Translations under genes and position numbers: made by a program | Assembly: GCA_025054695.1 (NCBI GenBank) | Contig: JANWZI010000010.1 | Coordinates: 592 to 64,591 of the forward strand | DNA from: Myxococcota bacterium | Lineage (GTDB): Bacteria; Myxococcota_A; Polyangia; Polyangiales; JANWZI01 | Reading direction: 5' to 3' | Length of the DNA: 64,000 nt | Shown: one piece after another, positions 49,286 through 59,207 of the stretch | Position numbering within the stretch: the first letter of the stretch is position 1 | How the letters are laid out: the number at the start of each line of letters is the position of its first letter | Notes under the pieces: generated by a model | Told to the model about the DNA's origin: nothing | The model's input: the letters and a program-made list of their open reading frames with translations, nothing else | The model's database searches: none

Positions 49286-52183
49286 ATGCGCGTGTGCGTT
49301 GACGTGATCATGCTCCGGTTCGTGAGCTCGTCACGCGGCCGGACCGCTCGACGTGTCGTGTGCCTGTCTGCGGCGATGCTGCTGGGCGGAGTACCGGACT
49401 CAATCGCGCAGGCACCGGACGGAGAGCCGGAGGCGATCTTGCGGGCCTTGCGTGCGGATCGGCCCGCGGGCGTACCGGAGGGTGCGCTCGTGTCGATCGA
49501 GTACACGCTCGAGGTCGCCGCGCGGATCGAGCGCGCGTTCCCGACACAGGCGGCGGCGTGGCGTGCGCGCGCCGTGCGGTATCTGAGACGGGCGCGCGCC
49601 GGCGTCGATCCGTACCCCGAAGAACGCGGGCGGATCGTGCCGCGCGGTTACCGCTCGCCGCTGTCGACCGTATTGCAGGGCTACGCGGTGTATCTCCCGC
49701 CCGACTACGACGCGACGCGCCCCTGGCCGCTGATGGTGGTCCTCCACGGCGGCTCGTCGAATGGAAACCTCTTCCTCGGCGTCGTCCTCGGCAACAACCT
49801 CGACTGGGAGGCCTATCCGCGGCACTTGTGGGACGAGTTCGAGCCGCGATGGAGGCCCGCGTGGATCGTCGTCGCGCCGACGGGATTCGGGCAGGTCATG
49901 TGGCGATGGATGGGCGAGCGCGACGTGCTCGACGTGATCGACGACGTGCGACGTCACTACCACGTCGATCCGGACCGCATCGTGCTTGGGGGCCTGAGCA
50001 ACGGGGGCGTCGGTGCCTACGCCATCGGCTCGCGGCACGCCTGGCGGTTTTCGGCCGTGATGGCGATGGCGGGCGCGCCGAGCTGGCTGCAGTACGTCGG
50101 CGGCCGTCCCACGGAGGCCGAGCGTGCGGCCATCGTTGCTTGGTCGGGCCTGCATCTGCTCGCCAACACGAGCGGCACGGATTTCCGGGCGTGGCACGGG
50201 CGCGTCGATCCCGGGCCCATGCGGCCGGCGTTCTTCGCGGAATACGAGGCGGCGGTGCGGGCGGCCGGGTTGCCTGCGCGCCTGCGTTGGCTCGATGCGG
50301 GCCACGACATCCTCTATCTCGTGCATCGTCACGGTCGCATCTACGACGAACTGGCCGCGATTCGTCGCCAGCCGAGCCCCGCGCGGGTCAGTCTCGTCAG
50401 TGGCGACTACCGCGCGGCGCGACAGCACTGGCTCGAGGTGCGGCGCATCGAGCCGTTCCCCGGCCTCGCCGAAGTGCAAGCCGAGGTGAACGCGGAGCGA
50501 ATCGACGTGCGGGCTCGGGGCGCGACGGCGCTGTGTGTGGACCTTCGCACGGCGCCCGTCGTCGGCGAATCGGTCGTCGTGCAGGTCGATCAACAACGCG
50601 TGCTCGAAGAACGACGCGATCGACTCGGTCATCAGATCTGCTTGGTTCGACGCGAAGGGCGTTGGACCGCGGGCTTCCCGGAGGAAACGGCCGAGGCGCC
50701 GGTCAAGCGTTCCGGTTCGTCCGGGCCCATCACGGACGCGTACTACGAGCCGATGGTTCACGTATACGGCACGCTGCGGGCCGAGCGCATCGATGCGTTG
50801 CGGCGCGCGGCCGAGCGCGGTGCACGTGGCTGGCCGTTGTGGTTGTGGGACTTCCGCCAGCCGGTGCTCGCCGACCACGAAGTGGACGCCGCGACGATGC
50901 GTCGCGCCAACCTCGTCCTGTACGGAACACCGCAGGACCATGCCCTGATCGCGCGGATCGCCGAGCGACTGCCGATTCGCGTCGAGGGCGATGCCCTCGT
51001 CGCGGGCGGCCGGCGCTGGACGGGTCGAGACGTGGGCGCGCGGTTCATCTACCCCAATCCCTTGCAGCCGGATCGCTACGTGATCGTGCAGACCGGCGTC
51101 AGTCCCCAGGCCGTCGATGCCGGCAATCGACTCCCGGACTTCTTGCCGGACTGGATCGTGTACGACGCGCGGACCACCGCGGCGCGCGAGCGGCTCATCA
51201 CGGGACGCCGTCCCGCCCTGGCGATGGGCTGGTTCGACGAGCGCTGGCGGCTGGTCGAATCGCCGGCCCGGGGCGTCGGAGACCCGCAGTCGGCCGATCC
51301 GACCTCGTCGGACGCGCGGCGAGCCGGCGGAGACGCAGCCCCCGCCGAGTCGCTCGTTTCACCGTCGCGTGGGGAGGCCGTCGAGGCGGTCACCCGCTGC
51401 GAGGACGGCGGTGGGTGCGGGTCGAGCCCTTCGGTTCCGTCAGGCGCCATGCCGCTATCGGTCGCTGCGGCGCCGCCCTTGCCGCCGGCGCCGGCCACGG
51501 TGCTGCCTCCGCGCGGAGATCCCGCGCACGCGATCGCGCGAGAGATCGCGCGGCGCGTGGTCCGGTTTCCGAACCTTCGGGCCGAGGCATACGGCGGGCG
51601 CTGGGTCGTCGAGCCCGAGCGCGTGTGGCGCGTGCGCGGAACGCGAGCCTGCTTCGCGGCGCTGCGCGCGGCGGGGATCCGCGCGACGCCGTGGACCGAC
51701 CCGTTGTCCACACCGGTTCCCGCGCCCGTCCGAATGCCCTCAAAGGTGGGTGCCGTTCGTTTCCACGGTCGGGCCGCGGCTGATCCGCTCGTGGTGGCGT
51801 GCGAGCTCGCGGCGCGGCTGCCGGCTCTGTCCGCGGTGCTGCAGCGCCACGGCATCGAGGCGGTCGCGATCAGCTCGGCGTGGAGGCCGACGCCGTGGAC
51901 CAGCTTCCACACGTTCGGGCTCGCGCTGGACGTGCCGCGGATGTGGTCCCGGACCCTCGGGCTGCTCGAGCTCGAACGGGACTTCGTGACGACGCCCTCG
52001 ACGCCGACGTGCGAAGGACCGGCTCCAACGGAGCCTCGGGCCGCGCTGCTGCGCGAGATCGCCTGCGATCTGTGGCAGGAGCGCGTCTTCAACACCGTGA
52101 TCACGCCCAACTACAACGAGGGCCACCGCGATCACTTCCACTTCGACATCCGGCCCGACGATCCGCGCTTCTTCGTGCGCTGA
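49286..52183 (+). CDS. Secreted two-domain protein: N-terminal alpha/beta-hydrolase (esterase/peptidase-like) and C-terminal extensin-like domain
   Basis: Lies in ORF 49055..52183, starting at ATG 49286 or 49310. Contains [11 protein letters not shown] and GGLSNGG. The C-terminus has [10 protein letters not shown]...[18 protein letters not shown]. Confidence 0.65.
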   Translation: MRVCVDVIMLRFVSSSRGRTARRVVCLSAAMLLGGVPDSIAQAPDGEPEAILRALRADRPAGVPEGALVSIEYTLEVAARIERAFPTQAAAWRARAVRYLRRARAGVDPYPEERGRIVPRGYRSPLSTVLQGYAVYLPPDYDATRPWPLMVVLHGGSSNGNLFLGVVLGNNLDWEAYPRHLWDEFEPRWRPAWIVVAPTGFGQVMWRWMGERDVLDVIDDVRRHYHVDPDRIVLGGLSNGGVGAYAIGSRHAWRFSAVMAMAGAPSWLQYVGGRPTEAERAAIVAWSGLHLLANTSGTDFRAWHGRVDPGPMRPAFFAEYEAAVRAAGLPARLRWLDAGHDILYLVHRHGRIYDELAAIRRQPSPARVSLVSGDYRAARQHWLEVRRIEPFPGLAEVQAEVNAERIDVRARGATALCVDLRTAPVVGESVVVQVDQQRVLEERRDRLGHQICLVRREGRWTAGFPEETAEAPVKRSGSSGPITDAYYEPMVHVYGTLRAERIDALRRAAERGARGWPLWLWDFRQPVLADHEVDAATMRRANLVLYGTPQDHALIARIAERLPIRVEGDALVAGGRRWTGRDVGARFIYPNPLQPDRYVIVQTGVSPQAVDAGNRLPDFLPDWIVYDARTTAARERLITGRRPALAMGWFDERWRLVESPARGVGDPQSADPTSSDARRAGGDAAPAESLVSPSRGEAVEAVTRCEDGGGCGSSPSVPSGAMPLSVAAAPPLPPAPATVLPPRGDPAHAIAREIARRVVRFPNLRAEAYGGRWVVEPERVWRVRGTRACFAALRAAGIRATPWTDPLSTPVPAPVRMPSKVGAVRFHGRAAADPLVVACELAARLPALSAVLQRHGIEAVAISSAWRPTPWTSFHTFGLALDVPRMWSRTLGLLELERDFVTTPSTPTCEGPAPTEPRAALLREIACDLWQERVFNTVITPNYNEGHRDHFHFDIRPDDPRFFVR

Positions 52184-52228
52184 TCGCGACGTGCCGGAAC
52201 CGATCGAACTGGCAACACGGAGAGGCCA

Positions 52229-52321
52229 TCGGACTTGCACTCGCGATCGGCCTCGGTCTCGGGTCTCGGCCTCGGTCTCGGGCACGGTCTCGGGACCAGG
52301 CCCGGAGTCCGGCTCGGCTCC
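52229..52321. repeat. Hexamer-repeat array (complement orientation)
   Basis: Sequence reads tcggac ttgcac tcgcga tcggcc tcggtc tcgggt ctcggc ctcggt ctcggg cacggt ctcggg... It is intergenic. Confidence 0.75.
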
Positions 52322-52547
52322 AGCACGGTGGATGACGCGCGTCACGCGGATCGCGCCGTTAGCGTGCGTCGCGGCCCGGGACATGCGCGACGCATTCGTC
52401 GGGATCGGAGCTGGCCCTGTGTACAACGCTTCTCGCTTCCGCTATGTGCGATGGGGTGACCGTCGATCGGTCGATGTCGTCGCTGCCGAGGCGCAGCGGA
52501 GCGCATGGTGCGCCTGTTTCGTGCGAGCCGCCCTCGAGGTCCGTGCC

Positions 52548-53333
52548 GTGACCGGCGCGAGCGGCGAGCGATTCGTCCGGCTCGTTCACCAGGATCGCGC
52601 CTATCACGCGCGGCTCGTCGACGAGGCCACGGCGCGCCTGTGGACGGGTGCGCCGTGGGCCGGGGGCGACGAGACGGATCGTCTCGTGCCCGTGGAACGC
52701 TGCAAGCTGCTTGCGCCGGTCGTGCCGGGCAAGATCGTCGGAATCGGGCGCAACTACCGCGCACACGCCGCCGAGCTCGGCAACGAGGTTCCGTCCGAGC
52801 CGCTGATCTTCCTCAAGCCGCCGTCGGCGTTGATCGGTCCGGACGAGCCGATCGTGCTGCCGGCCTCGTCCGAACGCGTCGAGCACGAGGGCGAGCTCGC
52901 CGTCGTGATCGGCCATCGGCTGCGCCACGCCACCGACGTTGCGGGCGCGCTCGCGTGCGTCTTCGGCTGGACGGCGGCCAACGACGTGACGGCGCGCGAT
53001 CTGCAGCGCCGCGACGTCCAGTTCACCCGCGCCAAGGGGTTCGACACGTTCTGCCCGCTGGGCCCGGCGATCGTGACCGCGCTCGATCCCGACGACCTCG
53101 GGCTCGAGGTGCGGGTCAACGGTGCGCGGCGCCAGCACGCGCGCACCTCGGCGATGGTCTTCGACGTCGGGACGCTGCTCGCGTTCGTCTCGCGTGTCAT
53201 GACGCTCGAGCCCGGCGACGTCCTGCTCACGGGCACGCCGGAGGGTACCGGTCCGCTTCGCGCCGGCGATGTCGTCGAGGTCGAAATCGAGCGAATCGGC
53301 ACCCTTCGCAATCCGGTGGTGGCCTCGTCTTGA
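52548..53333 (+). CDS. Fumarylacetoacetate hydrolase (FAH) family protein
   Basis: Lies in ORF 52191..53333. I chose GTG 52548; ATG 52383 is possible. Contains [37 protein letters not shown] and [13 protein letters not shown]. Confidence 0.8.
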   Translation: MTGASGERFVRLVHQDRAYHARLVDEATARLWTGAPWAGGDETDRLVPVERCKLLAPVVPGKIVGIGRNYRAHAAELGNEVPSEPLIFLKPPSALIGPDEPIVLPASSERVEHEGELAVVIGHRLRHATDVAGALACVFGWTAANDVTARDLQRRDVQFTRAKGFDTFCPLGPAIVTALDPDDLGLEVRVNGARRQHARTSAMVFDVGTLLAFVSRVMTLEPGDVLLTGTPEGTGPLRAGDVVEVEIERIGTLRNPVVASS

Positions 53334-53624
53334 GATGGCACGTGCATGCGCCGAATCGTTCGTTCGCGCGCAGACGTTGGGGTTCCAATCCGCGCTCCGG
53401 GTCGGCCTCGGGGCCGGCGTCGGGCGGGGTTCCGCGAGATGGTTCGAGCTCGCGAGCTCGCTCGCATCCGGCGTTCGGTCCGCCCGGGCCGCCGCGTACG
53501 GAAGGTCGCGTCACGACGGCGTAAGAAACCTGACGGGTGGGTCACGAACGTCTCCCTGCGTCGCGCGAATCGTGCGCGCACCGGGGCGGAATGCTGGCAC
53601 GGACATTGATGATGGGGGCGAGGC

Positions 53625-55724
53625 GTGAGCGGCCGTGGCGCGTGCGTACTGGGCCTGATGGCCTGCTGGAACGTGGCGGGCTGCTACCGGTCCCACCTCG
53701 AGCCCCGTCCGTCGGGCGACGCGGGCGACGAGGGGACGACCGAGGCCGACGCGGGTTTGGACGCGGCGCCGCTGGATGCCGTCTTCGACGCGAGCCCCGA
53801 CGCAGCGGCCGAGGCGGCGCTCGATGGCTCGCTCGACGCCGGCCCCGACGCCCCGGACGCGGATGCGGGGATCGACGCGCCGCCGGACGTGGGGCCGCCA
53901 CCCGTACCCGGGCGTTGCAGGACCGAGCCCGTGGCCCATCCGTTCGAGGACCCCGTTCAGGAGGCACGCTGGCCGGACGGCCCGGTGGAGCACCCGCAGG
54001 CGGTGCACGTCTGCTCGACTCCGGTCGTCATCGATCTCGAGCCGCCCGCGTCCGGCCCCCTCATGCCCGAGATCGTGTTCGTCTCGTACCCGCCGCTGAC
54101 GGCGGACGAGCCGCCCGGCGTGCTGCGCATCTGGGATCCGCGTAATCGGACGACGCGGAGCTATCCGCCGTCGGTGGAGGAGCCCGGCGTGCTCGAGCCG
54201 ACGACGAACCTAGCGGCTGGCGATCTCGATGGCGACGGGCGCAACGAGATCGTGGGCATCGGACGCTTTTCGGGAACGTACGCGTTCCGTAGCGATGCGT
54301 CGCTGATGTGGGAGTCGGCGCATCCGACGGTCTCCGAACGCGGACACCGCTGGGCGCGTTCGGTCTCGGGCGCGGTCACGCTGGCCGATCTCGAGGGGGA
54401 CGGACACGTCGACGTCGTCGTCGGACGCACGGTGCTCGATGGCCGGACGGGCGCGCATCGCTGGACGGGGCCCGAGGGCACGGGGCGCGCGGTCAACCAG
54501 TTCCTCGGGCCGATCTCGTGCGTGGCCGACCTCGACGACGACGGCGTCCAGGAGGTCATCGCCGGGCACACGGCGTTCCGCGCCGACGGCACCGTGATGT
54601 GGAACGTGCCCGAGGAGGGCGACGGGTTCTGCGCGGTGGCGGACGTCTTCCTCGACGAGCCGGGCCCGGAAGTCGTGCTCGTCGCCAATGGCTTCATCCG
54701 GATTCTCGAGGAACGGAGCGGCCGGCGGTTGTGGCTGCGCGCCATCGAGGGTCGCGTGCGCGACTCGCTCGGCGGAGCGCCGACGGTGGGCGACTTCGAC
54801 GGCGACGGACGCGTCGAGATCGGCGTGGCGCACGGGGCCGCGTATGGAGTGTACGACCCCGAGTGCACGGCACGCGGGCGTCCGCGCGGCTGCACCGGCG
54901 ACGGACTGCTCTGGAAGGCCGAGATCGGAGACGATTCGTCGTCCGGCACCGGAAGCAGCGTCTTCGACTTCAACGGCGACGGTCGCGCCGAGGTCATCTA
55001 CAACGACCAGTATCACTTCCGCGTGTACGACGGCACCACGGGTCGCGTGCTCTTCCAGCACCGCAGTTCGTCGCGCACGCGTACCGAGAATCCCGCGATC
55101 GCCGACGCGGACGGCGACGGCGAGGCGGAGATCGTCTTCACGTCGAACGCCGAGGCCAACTTCATCCGCATGTTCTGGACGGACCCCGGCGTGGAGATCT
55201 GGGGCGACCGGCGCGGGCGCTGGGTCGGCGCGCGGCGTATCTGGAACCAGCACGCGTACCACGTCACCAACGTCGAGGAGAACGGGTCGATTCCGGCGCG
55301 TGAGACGCCCGGATGGACCGTGCTCAACGCGTATCGGCAGAATCTCCGTGAAGGCGGAGATGTCCTCGCCGCACCGGATCTTTGGGGCGGTCGGGGCCGC
55401 TGGACGTGCACGGGCCCAGGGCGCGCGCGCCTGACGGTCGACGTGCAGAACTGGGGCCTGGAGCGCGTCGGACCGGGGGTCTCCGTGCGCCTCTATCGCG
55501 ACGCACGCCCCGAAGACGGGGGGCGGTTCGTGGCGGCCGCGTCGACGACGAGCATCCTCGAGCCGTCGGGCGGGCGGGAGCGCGTCGTCTTCGACGTCGC
55601 GGTCGACTCGGTGACCGACTTCTACGCGATCCTCGACGATCCGGCCGATCCGGAGAGCGGCGATCGCGTCGCCGAGTGCCTCGAGGACAACAACTGGGTT
55701 CTCTTCTGGCGTGTGGCGTGCTGA
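53625..55724 (+). CDS. FG-GAP/VCBS-repeat beta-propeller lipoprotein
   Basis: 699 aa with a GTG start and lipobox WNVAGC. Repeats are GDLDGDGRNEIV, ADLEGDGHVDVV, ADLDDDGVQEVI, GDFDGDGRVEI, FDFNGDGRAEVI and ADADGDGEAEIV. Confidence 0.8.
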   Translation: MSGRGACVLGLMACWNVAGCYRSHLEPRPSGDAGDEGTTEADAGLDAAPLDAVFDASPDAAAEAALDGSLDAGPDAPDADAGIDAPPDVGPPPVPGRCRTEPVAHPFEDPVQEARWPDGPVEHPQAVHVCSTPVVIDLEPPASGPLMPEIVFVSYPPLTADEPPGVLRIWDPRNRTTRSYPPSVEEPGVLEPTTNLAAGDLDGDGRNEIVGIGRFSGTYAFRSDASLMWESAHPTVSERGHRWARSVSGAVTLADLEGDGHVDVVVGRTVLDGRTGAHRWTGPEGTGRAVNQFLGPISCVADLDDDGVQEVIAGHTAFRADGTVMWNVPEEGDGFCAVADVFLDEPGPEVVLVANGFIRILEERSGRRLWLRAIEGRVRDSLGGAPTVGDFDGDGRVEIGVAHGAAYGVYDPECTARGRPRGCTGDGLLWKAEIGDDSSSGTGSSVFDFNGDGRAEVIYNDQYHFRVYDGTTGRVLFQHRSSSRTRTENPAIADADGDGEAEIVFTSNAEANFIRMFWTDPGVEIWGDRRGRWVGARRIWNQHAYHVTNVEENGSIPARETPGWTVLNAYRQNLREGGDVLAAPDLWGGRGRWTCTGPGRARLTVDVQNWGLERVGPGVSVRLYRDARPEDGGRFVAAASTTSILEPSGGRERVVFDVAVDSVTDFYAILDDPADPESGDRVAECLEDNNWVLFWRVAC

Positions 55725-55851
55725 TCGAGCGCATGGGTGTGGCACGGCTTCGTCGTTCCGCGATGCGCGTGGCGGCTTGGCCGACGCGCGCGACGCGACG
55801 GCGATCCTGGTTGCCTACCGCACGCCGGCGCTGAGATAGTCTGCGTTGAAG

Positions 55852-56811
55852 ATGCGGCAGCCTCGGGCGTCCAAGCGTCGAGCGGCCGTGGTCTGGAGAA
55901 CGACATCCGTCGCGGTTCGTCTTGGATCGTTCCTCGTCTTCGTCGTTACTTCGTTGGCGGCGTTCGGGGTCTCGACGGCGGCGGCCCAGGGCGACCCGCG
56001 CACGGAGTACCTCACGCGTTTGTTGACGACCTCGACCTCGTTCCGCGTTCGCGCCCAGGCCGCGCTCTCGCTCGGGCGACTCCAAGGCAACACGGCGGCG
56101 TCCCGGGCGCTCGCGATCGCGCTCCGCGAGGACGAGCACCCGGCCGTGCGGACGGCCGCGGCCGCCGCGCTCGAGCAAGTCGGTGACACGAGTCCGCAGG
56201 TTCTCTCAGCTCTGGAGACGGCCGTGCGCGAGGAGCGGGATCGAGCCGCGCGGGATGCGGCCTCGCGCGCGCTTGCGTCGTTGCGGCGTCTCGCCCGCAT
56301 GCGCCCCCCGGCGAGCCCGTCGCCGGCCAGCGGTGCTGCGTCCGTCGATCCGTCGCCACCGCCGGCGTCGTCGGGACCGGCGCGGTACTACGTTGGAATC
56401 GGCGTGCCCGGCACCCGTGTGGCCAGCATCGACCGCGAAACGCTCGAGCGTGCGCGCGCGTTCATCGAGCGGAACGTCGCGGCGATGGAGGGCGTCCGAC
56501 TCGCGCCGGCGAACGAGTCGAACGAGGCAGCGCGGCGCGTGCTGTCACGGGACCGGCTCACCGGGTACTACCTCGACAGCTCGATCGTGAGCCTCGAGCA
56601 GTCACCAGCAGGCACGCGCGCGGTCGTCTCGGTCATCGTGGGGACGTACCCGGGAAGGGATATGCGCGTGATTCTGCAAGGAGCCGCGACGGTCCAGGGT
56701 GGCAGCTCGGGGCCGACGATCCGGCAGCAGGCCATCGAGGGGGCGCTCTCCGGGGCGCTGCGACGGCTGCCTCAGGCATTCGCGGCCGGTGACGCCCGCG
56801 GTGGTGGGTGA
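55852..56811 (+). CDS. Secreted HEAT-repeat protein
   Basis: ATG 55852 (the track uses TTG 55846). The signal is LVFVVTSLAAFGVSTAAAQG. HEAT-like repeats read SFRVRAQAALSLGRL / HPAVRTAAAAALEQVGD. Confidence 0.6.
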   Translation: MRQPRASKRRAAVVWRTTSVAVRLGSFLVFVVTSLAAFGVSTAAAQGDPRTEYLTRLLTTSTSFRVRAQAALSLGRLQGNTAASRALAIALREDEHPAVRTAAAAALEQVGDTSPQVLSALETAVREERDRAARDAASRALASLRRLARMRPPASPSPASGAASVDPSPPPASSGPARYYVGIGVPGTRVASIDRETLERARAFIERNVAAMEGVRLAPANESNEAARRVLSRDRLTGYYLDSSIVSLEQSPAGTRAVVSVIVGTYPGRDMRVILQGAATVQGGSSGPTIRQQAIEGALSGALRRLPQAFAAGDARGGG

Positions 56812-56890
56812 ACGGAGACGGTCGACTGCCCTGCAACGGCGGGCATTGGACACGGAGACAAACGCCGGCGTACGATTTGCAAGGAGAGCC

Positions 56891-57505
56891 ATGGCCGCCG
56901 AAGCACACAGCCTGCCCCAGCAGGATGCGCGCCCGGAACCGCCGAAGCGTCGCCTGCGGAATTTCCTGCTCGATGCGCGCTTCCAGCTCAAGTACACGGG
57001 CATGGTCGTCCTGGTGACGGCCATCACCGGGGGCGTGCTCGGCTACTTCGCGTACGACTTTTCCGTCGGGCAGACAGAGATGATGACGATAGGCTGGGCG
57101 ATGGACGGTCGTGCGGAGCAGGAAATCGTCGAGATGGCGAGGGCGCACGACCGAAAGGTGCTGCTTTCCATCGTGGCCGGGATCGGGATCTTGGTGGTCG
57201 CGCTGGGGCTCACGGGAATCGTCGTCACCCACCGCGTCGTCGGCCCCGCCTACAAGATGAAGAAGCTCTTGCAGGAGGTGCAGCAGGGGCATCTCCGCGT
57301 CTCCGGCAGGCTCCGCAAGGGCGACGAATTGCAGGATCTGTTCGAAGCGTTCAGCACCATGCTCGCCTCGCTGCGGGAACGCCAGCAGGCCGAAGTCGCC
57401 CAGCTTGACGCGGCGCTCGAGCGCGCGCGCGCCGAGGGGGTCTCGAGCGAGGCGCTTCGCGACATCGAACGCGTGCGCGACCGGATGCGGGCCGAGCTGG
57501 AGTGA
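56891..57505 (+). CDS. Membrane protein with a HAMP domain
   Basis: Lies in ORF 56699..57505, starting at ATG 56891 after AAGGAGAG. It has two TM helices, then VVTHRVVGPAYKMKKLLQEVQQGHLRVSGRLRKGDELQDLFEAFSTM. Confidence 0.65.
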   Translation: MAAEAHSLPQQDARPEPPKRRLRNFLLDARFQLKYTGMVVLVTAITGGVLGYFAYDFSVGQTEMMTIGWAMDGRAEQEIVEMARAHDRKVLLSIVAGIGILVVALGLTGIVVTHRVVGPAYKMKKLLQEVQQGHLRVSGRLRKGDELQDLFEAFSTMLASLRERQQAEVAQLDAALERARAEGVSSEALRDIERVRDRMRAELE

Positions 57506-57521
57506 CCGTGCGTCGAGGTCC

Positions 57522-58193
57522 TTAACGCGGTGCAGGCGCTCCGCACGAAGGACACGTGGTGTCGTAGATCGCCATCGACTTGCCGCAGAACCGGCAGGCG
57601 ACGGTGCCCGGCGCGGATCCTGCCCGGAGCGGTGTGAGGGTTCGGGCCGACCGATCGCTCGAAGGAGCGAGGATCCACACGCGCGCGTCGTGGAGATCGT
57701 CGTCGCGCGCGGAGCCGATCGTGCGAAGCGCCACGGCGATCGCATCGGCGACGGACGCGGCCGCCGTCGCGAACAGCGCTCGTCGCGCACGCACGGCGAA
57801 GCCGACGAGCAGCGCGCGCGGGTCGTCGACCGGCGCCACAAGGGGCTCGGGCTCGGTGCCGATCCAGCCATGCGTCGCCTCGGGCAGCGCGCGCAGCAGT
57901 TCCAGGGCCGCGTCGCGCGCCGATCCGCGGTGTCCCATCCGGCCCGCCAGGGCCTGCACGCTCGCGCGCACGCCCGGTGCGTGATCCGGACCGAACGCGA
58001 GCACGACCGTGACGGTCGTGCTCGATGCAGGCGTGATCGCCCCGACGGGGCGCTCGCCGTCAGTCGCGTTTTCGGCTCGACGTTCGCGGCCGCGACGCAG
58101 CAGGCCGAGTACCGCGAATGCGCCGAGCAACACAAGGACCAACGCGACGCACGCGCAGGCGAGGACGACGGCGCTGCCGCCGTGGGCCTCCAT
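57522..58193 (-). CDS. Hypothetical membrane protein with a C-terminal zinc ribbon
   Basis: 223 aa with an N-terminal TM (VVLACACVALVLVLLGAFAVLGLL). The C-terminus reads CRFCGKSMAIYDTTCPSCG. Confidence 0.5.
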   Translation of the reverse strand: MEAHGGSAVVLACACVALVLVLLGAFAVLGLLRRGRERRAENATDGERPVGAITPASSTTVTVVLAFGPDHAPGVRASVQALAGRMGHRGSARDAALELLRALPEATHGWIGTEPEPLVAPVDDPRALLVGFAVRARRALFATAAASVADAIAVALRTIGSARDDDLHDARVWILAPSSDRSARTLTPLRAGSAPGTVACRFCGKSMAIYDTTCPSCGAPAPR

Positions 58194-58333
58194 GGACGTG
58201 GCTGCTTACCTCGAAGTCCACGTCACGGTCCACGGTTCGGTGGGGGTTGCAGGCGCGGCGGGGCACGCGCTCGTGCATGAAGCGATGATGCGTCTCGCAC
58301 GGGGCGAACGCGGTCTCAGCGTTGCCCTGGGTT

Positions 58334-58552
58334 TCGGAGTGTGTCTCGGGCTCGGACTCGGACTCGGGCTCGGACTCGGTCTCGGACATGGACACGGACA
58401 CGGACTCAGACACGGTCTCGGACTCGGAATCGGACTCGGTCTCGGTCTCGGGCTCGGGCTCGGGCTCGGACTCGGTCTCGCGCTCCGACTCCGGCTCCGA
58501 CTCGGGCTCGGGCTCGGTCTCCGACTCGGACTCGGTCTCGGGCTCGGACTCG
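58334..58552. repeat. Hexamer-repeat array (complement orientation), about 36 units; the full element is about 58320-58626
   Basis: Sequence reads ctcggg ctcgga ctcgga ctcggg ctcgga ctcggt ctcgga... The right flank is CTCGCAACTCTCCTCGGCTACGGCAAGCAAC (58549-58579). CCCTGGGTTTCGG (58325-58337) is repeated as CCCTGGccagGTTTCGG (58610-58626). Confidence 0.92.
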
Positions 58553-58671
58553 CAACTCTCCTCGGCTACGGCAAGCAACGTGACAGCCGCGATCAGAGTC
58601 GGGTCCGAACCCTGGCCAGGTTTCGGGCTCACGGATCCGAGCGCCAGAACGGCAGGACGGCCTCGACGCGC

Positions 58672-59115
58672 TCACGGCGCGCCCGCGTCGATCCAGCGCG
58701 CGAGCAGGCGCCGCTCCTCGCAGGTGGGGAAGCCCTCGGGAGGCGTTCGGTTGACATCCGGCATGAAGTTGGTGACGGCGACGGTCTCGCGAATTCGCCG
58801 CAGTACGTCCGCGGAACGGACGACGGCCTCGACGTCGAGCAGGATCGAAGGCGGCGCACCAAGGCGATCGTCGCCGTGCACGTCGCTGCCGTGGCAGCGC
58901 GTGCAATAACGCGCGAAGAACGGCGCGGCGAACGAGACATAGTCGTGTCCGTCGATGGAATCGCCCGGAGCGGCGAGCGGATGCGGATGCGTCGGACACC
59001 CGTTGACGAGGCCGCCATCGGATGGCCCGGACGGACCGTCGTCGCCACAGGCGATCGTCGCGATCGCCGCGATGGGCACCCATGAGCCGCGCCGACGCGC
59101 TGCGCGCGGGGGCAT
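58672..59115 (-). CDS. Lipoprotein with a c-type haem-binding motif
   Basis: Lies in ORF 58672..59250, starting at ATG 59115 (MPPRAARRRGSWVPIAAIATIAC). Contains a CxxCH motif in FFARYCTRCHG. Confidence 0.6.
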   Translation of the reverse strand: MPPRAARRRGSWVPIAAIATIACGDDGPSGPSDGGLVNGCPTHPHPLAAPGDSIDGHDYVSFAAPFFARYCTRCHGSDVHGDDRLGAPPSILLDVEAVVRSADVLRRIRETVAVTNFMPDVNRTPPEGFPTCEERRLLARWIDAGAP

Positions 59116-59207
59116 ATGGTTCCAATGTAGCGTCCGTCCGTGGTCGCGCAGCACGCTCGGGCTTCCTGGCGCACCGGTCGGCTCGTGCTCGCGCCGCATC
59201 GCACGGG

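Noticed and set aside
46123-49506. Very long ORFs in the track. These include 46123..49506 (1127 aa), 32295..35441 (1048 aa), 35944..38658 (904 aa), 22183..24228, 45950..47737, 49360..51783, 6277..7548, 30834..32759, 38450..41029 and many others of 100-600 aa.
   Set aside because: Their translations are monotonous Arg/Ala/Pro/Gly-rich with no motifs. They lie antisense to, or out of frame with, genes that have clear family signatures. This is the usual stop-codon-poor artefact of high-GC DNA.
53370-53400. A tRNA-like T-arm (GGGGTTCCAATCCGC), and an RNase P-like GCGAAAGTCG at about 16045-16060.
   Set aside because: The flanking sequence cannot form the acceptor or T stems, and the RNase P GGAAAGUCCGG core is not matched. 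I found no tRNA, rRNA or tmRNA signatures by eye.
53595-53609. A sigma-54-like promoter, TGGCAC-ggaca-TTGA, upstream of the FG-GAP lipoprotein gene.
   Set aside because: The conserved -12 GC is GA here. The element also ends only about 16 nt before the GTG start, which leaves almost no leader. Other TGGCAC hits (10376, 53335, 43670) have wrong spacing or lie in or against genes.
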